A stretch of DNA of 64,000 bases from Raillietiella orientalis. Lineage: Eukaryota. The stretch is taken from assembly GCA_036172245.1 (NCBI GenBank), contig JAYWIR010000046.1, positions 1,054,001 to 1,118,000 of the forward strand, given 5' to 3'. Position numbers and translations under genes: made by a program. The notes under the pieces were generated by a model. The model was given only the letters and a program-made list of their open reading frames with translations, did not search any database and was not told the origin of the DNA. Positions 23,501 through 35,500 of the stretch are shown piece after piece (within the stretch, counting starts at the first letter, position 1; every line of letters starts with the position of its first letter).

Positions 23501-26500
23501 CCGCGCGGCTCGGAGCTGCCACCGCGGCTGCACCACCACTAGGCCGGACCCCTGCGTTTTAGCCGGCTCCCCTTCTTCCTGCTCCGCCCCCCTTCTCTCC
23601 TTCCCGTTTTTTCCCCTTTCCCCTCCCGAATCGCGGGCGCCTGGCCCCGCGCGCTTTCCCCGACTGTTCTCGAATTGTTTTCCCGCCATTGTGAATCTTT
23701 AGTAGAGCAGCAAAATTTTGCCGCAAGTCAACGACATCCCGGGTCAATTACGATAATTTGGAAACTGTTAGATACGAGACGCTTTGTCTGATGGTCACGA
23801 GGGGGGCCCGCTGCGTATTCAAATTGCGTTCGGAGTCGCTCCCACGCTGCCGCAACGTGGGGAATGTCCTTGTGCGATATTTCCTTCCCCCCTCCCCCCC
23901 CCCCCAAAAAAAAAAAAAAAAAAAAAACACATACAATGCTGGTGACAACAATGAAAGCACCGGAGCCAAGAAGGCGTCGGAGGGAAGGGTGGCATTGCTC
24001 GGTGGTGGTACCGCTTGTACAGCAGAAAGGCGGAACCATTTTCCCAGGACGGGTCGCCTGCTGTGGTTCCAGGCGCACAAAAGCACGAGGCGATGTGGCC
24101 GTAAGAATCTCCACCCAGAAGTTTCCGGTCCCCCCCCCCCCCTCCCTTCTGTCGAAAAGCCTCCGATTTTTTCTTTCTTTCTTTGCGTTTTCTTGCCCCC
24201 TCCCTTTCGATTTCTCCGTCTCTGGGCTATCGGCTTGATACTCGGCTGGGTAGCATGGCTGGTGCTACTGCGCATCCCTTCCAGAGCCAGCAATAGATCG
24301 CGGACTCTTTCCTTTGTGGTGGCTCCTCGCTGTTTGTTTCCTTCCCTTCCCGGGCTCAACGCGTGATTCGGTCTCATGGAAAAGAGTCCCTTGGTAAATC
24401 ACCTCAAGAGAAAGGAACCATCGCGTGTGCGGCATCGGCGCGTAAGAATTCGGCTCAGCAAAAAAAAAAAAAATTGCCGTGCTTCTACCGCTTAAGCGGA
24501 GTCGACCGTCGGAAACGCTGTCCGGCCCTTCAACTTTTGTGCACGCGCCTGCTTTCTCGTTTCCTTCTGACGGGACGCCATCTCTTTGTTTCCTCCTCAA
24601 GTCAGGATTTCACAACAGACTCTGCAAAACTCCCGCGATGCACGAATGAGACTACTGTTAGGCACTTTATTGCACCTTCCCTGTTTCCCAACGTGCCAAT
24701 TAAAAATCGTTATTCCGTGAAAAACGGTTTGTTTTCGAACTTTGGAAGATCAACACCCAGTGTCGCTAGTCGTCACGTGGGAATACCTAGAGGCTGCGAT
24801 TTTCTGGCGAATTTGAACGGACCAATCGGAATAGCAGTTCAAATCCTTAACATTTCACTGAAACTCGAAGGGTCTGAAGACTTGCCAAACGACCAAAGGC
24901 AGTTTGAAAACTCGACGCCCCGGCGCAACTCGGCTTGGTCATCGCTCGTGGAATGTTTCGTACTGTTTTCGAAGGTACTGTTGCCAGGCCCACCACGTAC
25001 GATGTGCCCGGTTTTGCTCCTTTTCACGGAAAAGGGCGTGTTCCAATTTTCATAATTTTTTTTTTCTTTTGTTTTAAATTTGCTCACCGTCGTTTGACTG
25101 TGCAGTCAGCTCGCACGCCACGAGACGCGAAGATGTCCGCGCCGCTGCTACCAAAAAATCTTTCCTCGAAGGGAATGCAACCCGTCTTTAGCTGATGCTT
25201 CAAAACGCTCGTTGCGGAAAATCCTATGCTCGAGTTTCAGAGGAGCAAATTTCAGGGAGCCCGTCTACACTCGCTCACCAGCATGCTCTTACACCGCTGC
25301 GCAGTAGAACTCTTCCCGCTTCAGCATCTGCTTCTTGGTTTCCGGCCTCCTCAAGAAGTACCAGGCTAGCGAGCAGAGCAGTTTAGCGTGTTCCCTGCAT
25401 CTCAAGATTGTGATGCACCAGAAGCACCTTACAACGAGAACTCGCGTCAAGTCGGTGTAGGACCCACTGTAGGACATCAAAGGGACACCAGAAGCACCTT
25501 GCAACGAATACTCTCACGAAGGAGAGCACTGTTACCGTGTAAATCAACGGTGGACAGCCTGCAGCCCATCACTCCGATATGGATGATGATTTTCGTGATT
25601 CTCCTCACTCCGAATCATGTAATTGGCGTCTTTTGGCATTGGACTTGTTAAATTATCATAGTCCCAGCACTAGGATGGATGTTTACAGGTGCTGTGGAAG
25701 AATAGAGTTCTGGTTTAGTTGTCTTTGCTTGGTTACGTTTCATGAGATCAGTTCAGAAGTATCTCGACATACAGCTACCAGATCATTAGCTCGTCTCTTT
25801 CATATTCTCACGTGTTTTCCTTGTCTTGAAATTATCATTCTTTTTGCAAAAACAAACAAGCAAACAAACTGCTTTCTCCAGCGAACCTGCTTGTCTCATA
25901 GGCAAGGTCTCGTATCAGAAGCAAAAGCAAAGGCCAAAGTTCCTTTCTTTTTTTTTGCTTCTTTTTAATTCTCCTGAGAAAATGTTCTACGAGCATTTGC
26001 ATCCGCTGCGGAGTATATGCTATCTTTCATGTGTAGTTTGAAACGTTAAGACGGTTGCTGTGATCTCTCAGCACATGCTGGGCCATACTCACCGGGTGGA
26101 TAAATCTGTGAATCCGCCCGCCATCCAAATTTGGCATGTGTCTTTACAGCAAGGGCCGGCTGAAGGCAGACTGGTCGCGTTTATTGAATTCGTCTGTCTC
26201 GAAATTCGTTATTCTTGAATTGAAAGCTTTTCCATCGAAGATTTTCCTAAGCTGTTCTTCGAAGAAGATTCTTGTGTAAGCAGAAACAACATGGAGAACA
26301 TTTCCGTTCTGTTTACAACTTCACTGTGATTAAATGCATGAATGCATTTGGTTGCATCGAAGCGTGCCGATTTCTGCTCTTGTTAACGCCCGGGCTCTCG
26401 CGTACCATCCTCCGAATCTCAAGTCGGAGAGCGCATCTGAATCTGGCGTCGAATGAACTCGCGTCAAGTGTCCCACTGCAGTCCTGAAGGGACATATTCC

Positions 26501-29500
26501 CAAATGAACCTCATTCGTTCATACTTATACCTGAAAGCATGAAAACAAGCACACAGGAGTACAAAAAATTCATTTGGCTTGCAGGAATCGGCCTGGTGAT
26601 TGTGTGTCTTGTGTCTACTTTTTTCTGATAGTGCTTGCAAGTCCAGGGTGCTGAACTCACACACGACTTTCATGCAACTGGTACGAGATCCGTCCATTTT
26701 TTGAATGCACGAGCGTGTCTGTGTCTGCAACCACCGATACCCGCGTGGTCACTTCGGAAGTGTGGCGTTGCTACAGGTAACATTGAATGAGAAGATCCGG
26801 AGATCTGTACTGGAGATACAGCGCAATTTTGTACCATTTCAAATGTATTTGTGACGTGATAACTAGATTAAGTAAATTGGATTCCGGAATCGGCAAAGAT
26901 GGCGAGCTGTGAAAAAGGAGTTTCAAATGTTTCCATTTTTTCGGTCCTATGAGACATTACGAAGACACTCGATCTGCGAGTGTCAGTGTGAAAGAATAAA
27001 ATGAAAAAATTCGCATTACGACGCAGAGCCGGGCGTCCTCAAACGGTATCCTCAAACAGTCGTTTCTTTCTCGCCCTCCTTCATTTCTTTTGTGCATTAC
27101 TCCCTTCCCGCTTGCTTGTACTTCCTTACTATTCAGCTTTCTTGATGCCTGGTTGACCCTGCATCTGATTTGCTGTTGACATTTTAGTACACACTGACCA
27201 TATCCGTGTCGGATTCATTGTACCAGTCTGTAGCACGAGTGGAAATCTCTGTCATCGACATATGTGACACTCCACCCCTTTTCGTGCAAACACAGTACGA
27301 CATTACAATCGATGAAGTCACAAGTGAGGATCAGCTGCCCATCAAACTGCTCCAGGTATGTCCCTTGTGATTTCACGGAGCTGGGATGGATGCACCTTCT
27401 TTAAGGTCGTCGCTAAGAAAGCCGGAGATGATGCATGCAAAGATGTGGTCTACTTTGTGGCTAAAGATGAAAAACGTATTTCTGTAGATTATTTAAGTGG
27501 ATGGGTAGCTGTAGCTGAGGTAAAGATTTGTCTTCGGCTGTTCCGTTGACGTGCTTCATTTGACTATACGAACATTATTTTGCCGTGTAGATACTCGATA
27601 GAGACGAAGGAAACGTGAATTTGTACTTCACCGTGTATGCAACTTATTCCGGGGCAGTTGTCAGTGTACAGAACCACACTAATGTAAACGTTACCTTATT
27701 AGATGTCAACGACAATCCTCCAACATTGAAAAGAGTATGTAAAATTTCCTCGTGGATCAGAGACTCACTGGTTCTATGTGATGGTTTTGTTCTTTTTAGA
27801 AAACTCCAGTAACGTTCTGGGAAAATCAAAAGCCCGGTCAGACTGTTGCTTTGGAAATGGAGGACAAGGACTCCATCGAAAATGGGCCTCCTTTTTATTG
27901 CGAGATCGACGGATCTGCGGATGATCAAATGAAACAGAGTTTTGTCCTTGAACAAACCGAACCTTGTAAAATCAGCTCCTGCAAAGTGCAACTACTGAAT
28001 GTCTTTGTCTAGCTCGATATCAGTTGAAATCTATGGTTACATTTGATCGTGAACAGCGCAAAGAGTATGCGGTGCCATTTAAACTTTGGGATAACGGTAA
28101 ACCAAGTATGACTGGAACCAGTACCCTGACGGTGATCATCGGAGATGTTAACGACAATCCAATGTCCGATGGCGAAAGTGAAATTACAGTGTTTTTGTAC
28201 AAGGTATCGAAAGATGATGATGATAGACCAAACGTATGTGTAGGATATTCCTGTAAACGTGCCCATCGGACGAGTGTTTGCCGAAGATGCCGACGATTGG
28301 GATATTCGGGACAAAACATTCAATTGCGGTCCAGAAAATCTTCGATACAAATTCACAGTAGAGAATGGAACCGGCCTTATTACGATCAAGATGAGGACAA
28401 GTCCTGGTATCTACAATTTAGATTGTCAGGTATTTGTTTCGTTTGATCTACGCGTAATGACTGGATTCTGCCAAGGTCTTCGATACCATAAGAAATGAGA
28501 AAGCGAGAGCCAAAGTAACCATCAATTTAGTTGGAATTCCTGAATCCGGTGCGATGCAGTCAGGCTCCTTACGTATTTCTGGTTCCTCAGCTGAGGATCT
28601 CATTAAAAAAACATCCATAGAGGTAAGCGTATTCGAAGATCTTAGTGGATGATGACTTTGTATGCGTATATTTATAGACTTCGAAGATTGTGTAACTGTA
28701 ATCAGTACTTTTTTGCATGCTTTCATATTAATATCTTTTAGAAAACATCGGTTTATGAAGATTTAAAGGAAAATTTAGTGCAAATTTTGAAATCGCAGTT
28801 TGAATTGTTCAGCATAAATAGCCATGACATAGATGGTGATCCTGTTACGGATATACGCTACAGCAGGACTGCTCCTCCGTTCAACACGTCTACTGTGCTT
28901 GATGGCTTGCTTGCTCTCAATGCAAAAAAGGTAAGATCAGCGATCTATTAAATTTTTGTGAAAGAAATGTCGAAAAAAATGCTGTAGCATCTGCTTCATT
29001 GCTTTTGTATTTCACGAGGTCAAGCCTTTATTTTTCTAGCTAACAAATCTTGGGATCAATGTGACCATGATTGGCGTCAACAGTTGCCTTGAAAAACAAG
29101 CAGAGGAATGCGAAGATGGCTGCAGAACTATTGTTGATTTCCCAGGAAGCTATACTTCTCTAATGACCAATTACAGCTCTATAGTATCTATCCATTCAGA
29201 AAGCAAAATACTGTGTCAATGTCTTCCACCATACACAGATACTTGCACACCTGGAACGTGTCTAAACGGAGGGACATGTTTGCCGCAAGGCCCATTTATA
29301 CAAAAGCAAGTTATCATGCTTCTATTCGAAACACTTGTGATTTTCGTAACAGATGTGTGTGTCTTCATGGATTCTTTGGACCCCATTGCGAAATGACGGG
29401 TTCCTTTTTCGGAGGAAAAGACATTGCGTGGTTCAATAAACTACCGTTCTGTGAAAACAATGAAATCTCATTCAGTGTTCAAACGGTTGCTTCGGATGGC

Positions 29501-30782
29501 ATCATCGTTCAGTTTGGACCGTTGTTCATATCTTCCTCATTTTCAGGTGAGAACTTACTATCAATTTGCTTTTCTTACCATCCATGAAATTTTGCTTTCA
29601 TTAAGTGTTTTCAGATCATCTTAAAGTAGAATTAAGTGATGGAAGACTAGGCGTGATTATCAAAAAGGATAATATTGATGATACAGTACTTTTGCTTCCA
29701 AGTATCGTAAACGATGGAGATTGGCATCACTATAAAGTCTCTTGGACTCAGACAGTAAAAGACATCTAGTTCAATATCACCCGAACAAAATTCATTTCAG
29801 ACGCTGACAGCGTCCTTACCATACTGTAACCATCACACTATCTGCAATTCTACCACCACAATTAAAGGAAGAAGTAGGTTTATCAAGAATAACAGCCCAT
29901 TGCAAATAGGCGGAACTCTTACTCAGCATGGAGTAGAAAAAGGCTTTAAAGGCTGCTTAGAAAACGTTTCCTATAATGGAATGGTAATAGAACTAAGTAT
30001 TTAATACCAGATAATGGCTTTTCAGTATTTGGACTTCAGTAACGTGGCTTATTCGCCACAGTCTTTACGCTATTGTGAAGATTACAAACTAGGGGCGGTT
30101 GTGTTAAAGACCGATGATAAATTCATCATCGCTGTTGTCGTTTGCATCATTGTTTTCATTCGTAAGTTTGTGAAACTATCCTGAGAGGAGACATTTTCCA
30201 TCGTTTCAGTGCTTTTGTTACTATTATTTGGTTTTATCTTATACCAACGTAAAAAAGGAACGAAGGCTTATGACACGGAACGTGAAATAATAGAAAACAT
30301 AATTCCGTATCGAGAAGAAGAAGGTGAGAAAGATACAAACAAATATGATCTCAATCTGCTTCGCGAAGTTAATCATGTAACTAGTGCGCCTCCTCCTATA
30401 TCTAGGAAAGGTAAAAAAATATATAATCAAATAAACTTCTTAGTATGGCTCTAGACCTTCAAGATTTTGTCACAACACGCAAATCGGAGATAGATCGCAA
30501 GAATGATTTGCAAGAGTACGATGACGGCAATTTATTCAGGGATGATCTGCGTCATTATTCCTATGAAGGCCGAGCCAGTGATGCAGGATCACTGAGTTCC
30601 TTATCATCAGGTAGATTCAGAAACGTATCCGTAACAGGAATGCATCACCATTTTCAGGCTCGGATGGATCTCAAGATTTCGATTACTTGGCACAATATGG
30701 TCCAAGATTCAGAAAATTAGCAGATATGTATGCAGGTCATGACAGTGATTCTGGTTCAGAGCAAGATGCTGACTACCTCTAG
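8497..30782 (+). CDS. shg: Classical cadherin, DE-cadherin/shotgun-like (type IV architecture): signal peptide, 8 EC repeats, NC/SEA, EGF-like, laminin-G, TM, catenin-binding tail; about 1569 aa
   Basis: 28 phase-consistent exons totalling 4710 nt: 8497-8554, 16442-16677, 18610-18849, 18911-19036, 19117-19266, 19332-19514, 19625-19818, 22288-22465, 22534-22707, 22775-22979, 23036-23179, 23261-23376, 27188-27355, 27406-27519, 27591-27734, 27800-27965, 28013-28203, 28244-28429, 28476-28622, 28742-28930, 29040-29305, 29353-29546, 29615-29754, 29801-29983, 30026-30161, 30210-30410, 30455-30610, 30658-30782. Motifs: DVNDN/LDYE/FDRE repeats, FDRDEP..EK..VTV as in DE-cadherin, GQTPQTN, DADDWD (NC), CLNGGTC...GPHCE (EGF), NDGDWH and PLQIGG (LamG), [16 protein letters not shown] and [11 protein letters not shown] (beta-catenin site). 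The symbol is by similarity; orthology was not tested. Confidence 0.92.
23894..23927 (+). repeat. C12-A22 homopolymer pair in cadherin intron 12
   Basis: Read directly; lies near the start of the GC decline. Confidence 0.85.
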
Positions 30783-30856
30783 TCTTTCATTTGCTGTTGC
30801 ACAGACCATTTACTTTATCCGCCCCTAGCTGCGGCCAACATACTAGTCCATCACCA

Positions 30857-30862
30857 AATAAA
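30857..30862 (+). promoter_or_regulatory. Poly(A) signal of the cadherin gene
   Basis: AATAAA about 75 nt after the stop codon, followed by GT-rich sequence. Confidence 0.6.
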
Positions 30863-30934
30863 AGTCGTAATTGGTTGTAAGTCGATATTTTTATGGGTTT
30901 GTTTATAGCATATACTTAAAAATATACATATATG

Positions 30935-32070
30935 CTACACTTTGGTATCCGTACTTGTAAAACAGTATTTGAGAAATTCATACACAGACCAAGCAATTGC
31001 AGTAGCTGGAGCCTGATAAAATATCCTTGCTGTGATACCAGCGAAAAATCCAGGCACACCCAACAACTGATACACAAGCCGACTCGCCATTAGCAATCCT
31101 GGCACTTCATCTCTTGATAATTTGGCCAAAACTACTTTCTCCTGTGTATTGAGTAATGTCTTACACACATCCAAAGGAGTAGTAAAGGCAGCTGCAATTG
31201 CACCAGCCATAGCACCAGATATAAGGTGGGCAGGAGGGTTATATACACGATGGGGGTTAGTAACATTCTGCATGCTTTCATACACAATAAAATGTACACT
31301 TTGAAAGGGAATGTTCATAAAGAGCTGGGTGGGATAGGCACGATAAAAAGCATGGAATCCTTCAGCCTTCAGAGTACGAACTGCACATTGCCAACAAGAG
31401 GAATATGGGGAACAGTAAATCTGCATTCTCTGTTTCACAACTAAAATTGAAATGGATTAATGATGGTTCGTTCATATTAGCTTACCTTCTGCAGGAATCA
31501 TAACAGCATCATGTGCAAGTGTGGCCAGACTTCCAGCTATTCCTGAAAGGAGATTGTTTTATGTAGTCTTGGTGATGCTTGCAAATGACTAGCACACAAA
31601 ATTAGTAACACAAAAACACTGAGTGCATGCACATGAGAGTTATAACCTACAAGTTTACTTACCATGAGCAATAAAACTATGATGAGGAGATTTATTCAAG
31701 TAATTAGCTATTTTGTTTTTTGTATACTCATAACATGAGAAATACAATGCATGTGCTGGTCCTGCCCCCAAGACTACAGCAGTAATTCCACGAATAGGGC
31801 GTAAAGCTCCTTCATGCTTAACCATTTTATACAGTGCTTCTAGGATACTCCTGTAATGAGCCTGAGGGCAAGGCAGCAAAGTCTGCATTCGAGTCTGCAG
31901 ACAACAGATACTTAAGAGCTTGACTTTGATAGCTTGAGCATACTTACTTTAACAGAGTCCACTGGATACATAACACAGTGTTCCATAATTCCTGCCAGAG
32001 AACCAGCAGCCATATGGACAAGAGGACTACCAGATGGCAAACTTTCATATTCATCCAAAGTGATTTCCAT
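30935..32070 (-). CDS. mfrn: Mitoferrin (SLC25A37/28-type mitochondrial iron carrier), 305 aa
   Basis: Exons 32070-31948, 31894-31663, 31542-31486, 31440-30935 (918 nt). Motifs [84 protein letters not shown]. Confidence 0.95.
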
Positions 32071-32467
32071 TTCATTGCCAATGCTACAAACCTATTAATT
32101 CACACAAGGACAAATATACAACAAAATGTCTAAGGGATTTTCAGAGAAAGAAGAAAAGCTAGAATTGAATTGGCTTTTACTTTTAAAAATGATTCATTTG
32201 AACCGAATGTTGACATGATTAGTCATCAGTAACACATTACATAATGCAAACATTTGTGGTCTTTATGATAAAACATCAAAGATGAATCCTCAATAGATCA
32301 ATGAATCAGAGGACACATGAATTTATGAGAAACTCAATAGTTGACGTGATTGAGTACACTTGCTATGCATCCTATACTTACTTGCTATCATTCTATGATT
32401 CACATAAAGTTGAACTGAATTTAGAACTCAGTCTAACGAAATTTATTCATAATAACTAAATATTAGG

Positions 32468-32505
32468 TTTTATAATTTATACGTTTAACTGTATAAATTA
32501 TAAAA
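32468..32505. repeat. Perfect 15-bp inverted repeat with 8-nt spacer
   Basis: TTTTATAATTTATAC gtttaact GTATAAATTATAAAA. Confidence 0.8.
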
Positions 32506-35500
32506 TTTCTACAATTAATACGCCTTAATGCTTCCAAATACCCAAAAGCGATCAGAAGCATCGAAAGAAAAAGCACTTGCATTATGCTTCCTAACTAGTT
32601 TTAATTGTTTTCTTCTTAATCTAACAGTTACTGGTTAGCCAATAAATTCACATTCTCATTTCCTGTCCCCAATTTCAATAAGGCTACAGATGCGTTATAT
32701 ATTATAAATTAATAAATTATGTAGAACTTCTAAAATTACTAGTGCTCGTGATCCATGGAAACTAACCCAACTAAAACTGCAAACTGGTTCCGGGGGCAAG
32801 TGTATATAACTTTCCGCAATTTTGAAGCATTCCAAACAAAGCATACCAATGTTTCAAATATGCCTACTTGCCATCCCGGTTACAAAATCTTTGCACATAA
32901 TGAATCACAAGAAAGTACTTATGTTACATTAAGTACTTGTTTCCAAGGTTATTTACGAAATAATTCCACCTTAAGAATAAAATAATCATGACTTACAGTA
33001 GACTTTCCTCTTAAAATTCATTACCAGCGGTTCGGAACTTAAGGAAACTACAAGAATGACAAATTTGAAAAATTCTAATGTGGAAAAAACTAACACCTTA
33101 CTTCACTACCATTTCGGGATTTGTAGATGCACATACATGCTAGGCCACATGTCTGAAAATCAATGTTGCCTAGTTTCTCATTCGATAGTTCTTACTGCAT
33201 TATATTAGTGTAGTTAATGCCATCTTTCTGTAACATTAACTAAGATTTCCGATTAAAATAAAAGAATCTGGTTGTGTAATGATGTAGAAGAATTTCCTAT
33301 TGCAAAAGCACTGACTCACTGTATTCACATTTAAAATTTATTTTTTCTGTGTCTTTCAAAAAAGATATACAGAATATTCAGAGATTTTTTAGGGACGTGT
33401 CTTAAATACTGATGATGCATGTAGTTGGGATCATTTTCTGATTATACAAATCGGTGAGATCATAGAGTACATCAGACTTTAAATCATAGGCTCTTATTAG
33501 TTCTATAGAAAGCAGTTATGTACTCTTCCATAAACATAATGTTCAATGAAATATATACCAATATCATTGCAAAGTATTGATGTGAACATTCATTTAGCAA
33601 ATAGATTCAAATTATCAAAGTAATATGCAATGTTGAACAAGAAAATGAATTACAAAATGTTAATACACATTCAACAGATTGTTACAATAACTTTATAAAT
33701 GTAACAATCAGAATCATATATCATGCATCCTTATATTCATAAGAATAAATTTGTTTACACTTCCTCATAACTAACTACAGACGAAATGATGACAAAAATA
33801 AAAATCCTATTGAAGTTACACTTTTATCTGAAACAAATTAAATTACTCAGTCATTCACATGAGCTCCTGGATATAACAATACATTACTAAGAAGTTTTAA
33901 AATTAAATTTCCTTAAATAAGTATGAAATCACATTAAAATTGGTTTTGGTGAAAGAATAATTGTGTTTGCAGTAAGAAAAACGTCGAATATTGTACTTAA
34001 AGCTCTAAGCAGTCCTGGCATAAAATCCGTATTGGATTTGCTATGGATAGCTTATCTGTTCAGAACATGATATCCATGATATCTTCTTCAAATTATACCA
34101 GCAGCTTCTAAAAAAAAATTTGCGATACTCTTTTGTTGTATATTTTGCTACCTTTTCCGAGTAACCACCTTCACGTAAGCATTCACAAGTTTCCTAGTTA
34201 AATGACTAAAACATATTCGAGCATTCTTATAACCAACTCTGAGCAAGCAGAACTTATTGGTATCAGTCATGGGGAGATATGCATTTCAAAGTCAGGTCTT
34301 CTAATTGAGAAAACTTTTTGGCACTACACATCTCAATTAAATACGGTACTGGATCAGCCTCTTCTCTTTCAAAACCTAAGTGATTTTAGTGCCTCAGAAA
34401 TTCGTAGTTAAGATTTCTTTATTTTCGATAGTTCACTCAGATCTATTTTCACTGATATTGATACCTACGGAATTCCGTATCCATTGTTAGCTAATAATAA
34501 TCATGTATCTTCAGATGAGAACAATTTTGAATTTTTTTAATGTTTGCAACGAACGAATCATTTATACTTTTGATTTCTATCATTAGAACACTGAGTAATG
34601 CTGTTCCAATGGATTATTCACTTGGATTTAATCTGCAAGATTCAGTTTCTTTGTATCTGAAGCAACATGAAATACGATACTTTTACACAATAACAACAAT
34701 GTGCTAAAGATAATTGATAGGGTTATGTATGTATTTAAGCCATCAAAATACCGTATATCGATAACTTTCAACTTTTAAAAATTAGTTGCATGATTAACAG
34801 CTCAAATGGGATTTCTTAATGCGTTATCATTTGGCATTGGTTCTCAGTTTCGCAAAACGAAATTTGTGAAAAACACTTTTTACTGTTTAGACTGAACACT
34901 ATTAGTTTTGAGGTGGAAAATGAAAAAATTGATTTTCATTTTATAAAATAAAGGTAGGTCTCGAAAGAAAGGATTATTACAAGAATAAGGCTTGCTACGA
35001 TTAAAATTATGTAATTATGAGAGAAAGGTTAGCACGTCATAAGGTTATGAAGATGATTGCGAATTATTTTGCGAAAAATATGTGCGGATGATTTGCAGTT
35101 TCTGAAAAACGAAACGCCGCCAAAAAATAATAATAATCTGCCATCATACTTTTTCGTGTATCTAAGCATGTATCTGATTGATGAAAGTAATAAAATTCAA
35201 TTTTATCTTGTTGGTTCTTAATTCAACATGCCTTAATCTCCAGAAGATCACTCAAGTTTTCAGTTTTTCCCCCATTGAATTCGAAACTTCCTACGAAGCA
35301 CGCAACATTCATCTTAACATGAAAAAAGTCTTTGTGAGTACCCAAAACTGCCACACTGTTTCAGTTGTTTCATTATAATCCCCGCATTGAATGTGAAGCG
35401 TAATTTCTGATTCTCTTCCGAAATAAGTGGTTTATTTCAGTTTTTCTGGATAGTTTCAGATGGAAATTATTGTTATCTTTATCCACTCTTATTTAATTAG

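Larger units (their letters stand above)
1..23700. other. GC-rich, CpG-rich compositional domain with abundant purine/pyrimidine tracts and G/C runs
   Basis: By eye clearly above 60% GC, with many CGCG and GGAGG/CCTCC tracts and long overlapping ORFs in all six frames. Composition relaxes across about 23.7-27 kb to AT-rich. A lower-GC pocket lies at about 10.8-12.1 kb. GC content was not computed. Confidence 0.85.

Noticed and set aside
23758..26760. ORFs in cadherin intron 12 (e.g. 24363-25055)
   Set aside because: They cross homopolymer runs and show no domain or splice-consistent structure.
30819..30847. Helitron-like 3' end (small hairpin followed by CTAG-T)
   Set aside because: The stem is only about 4 bp, it lies in the cadherin 3' UTR, and there is no other Helitron evidence.
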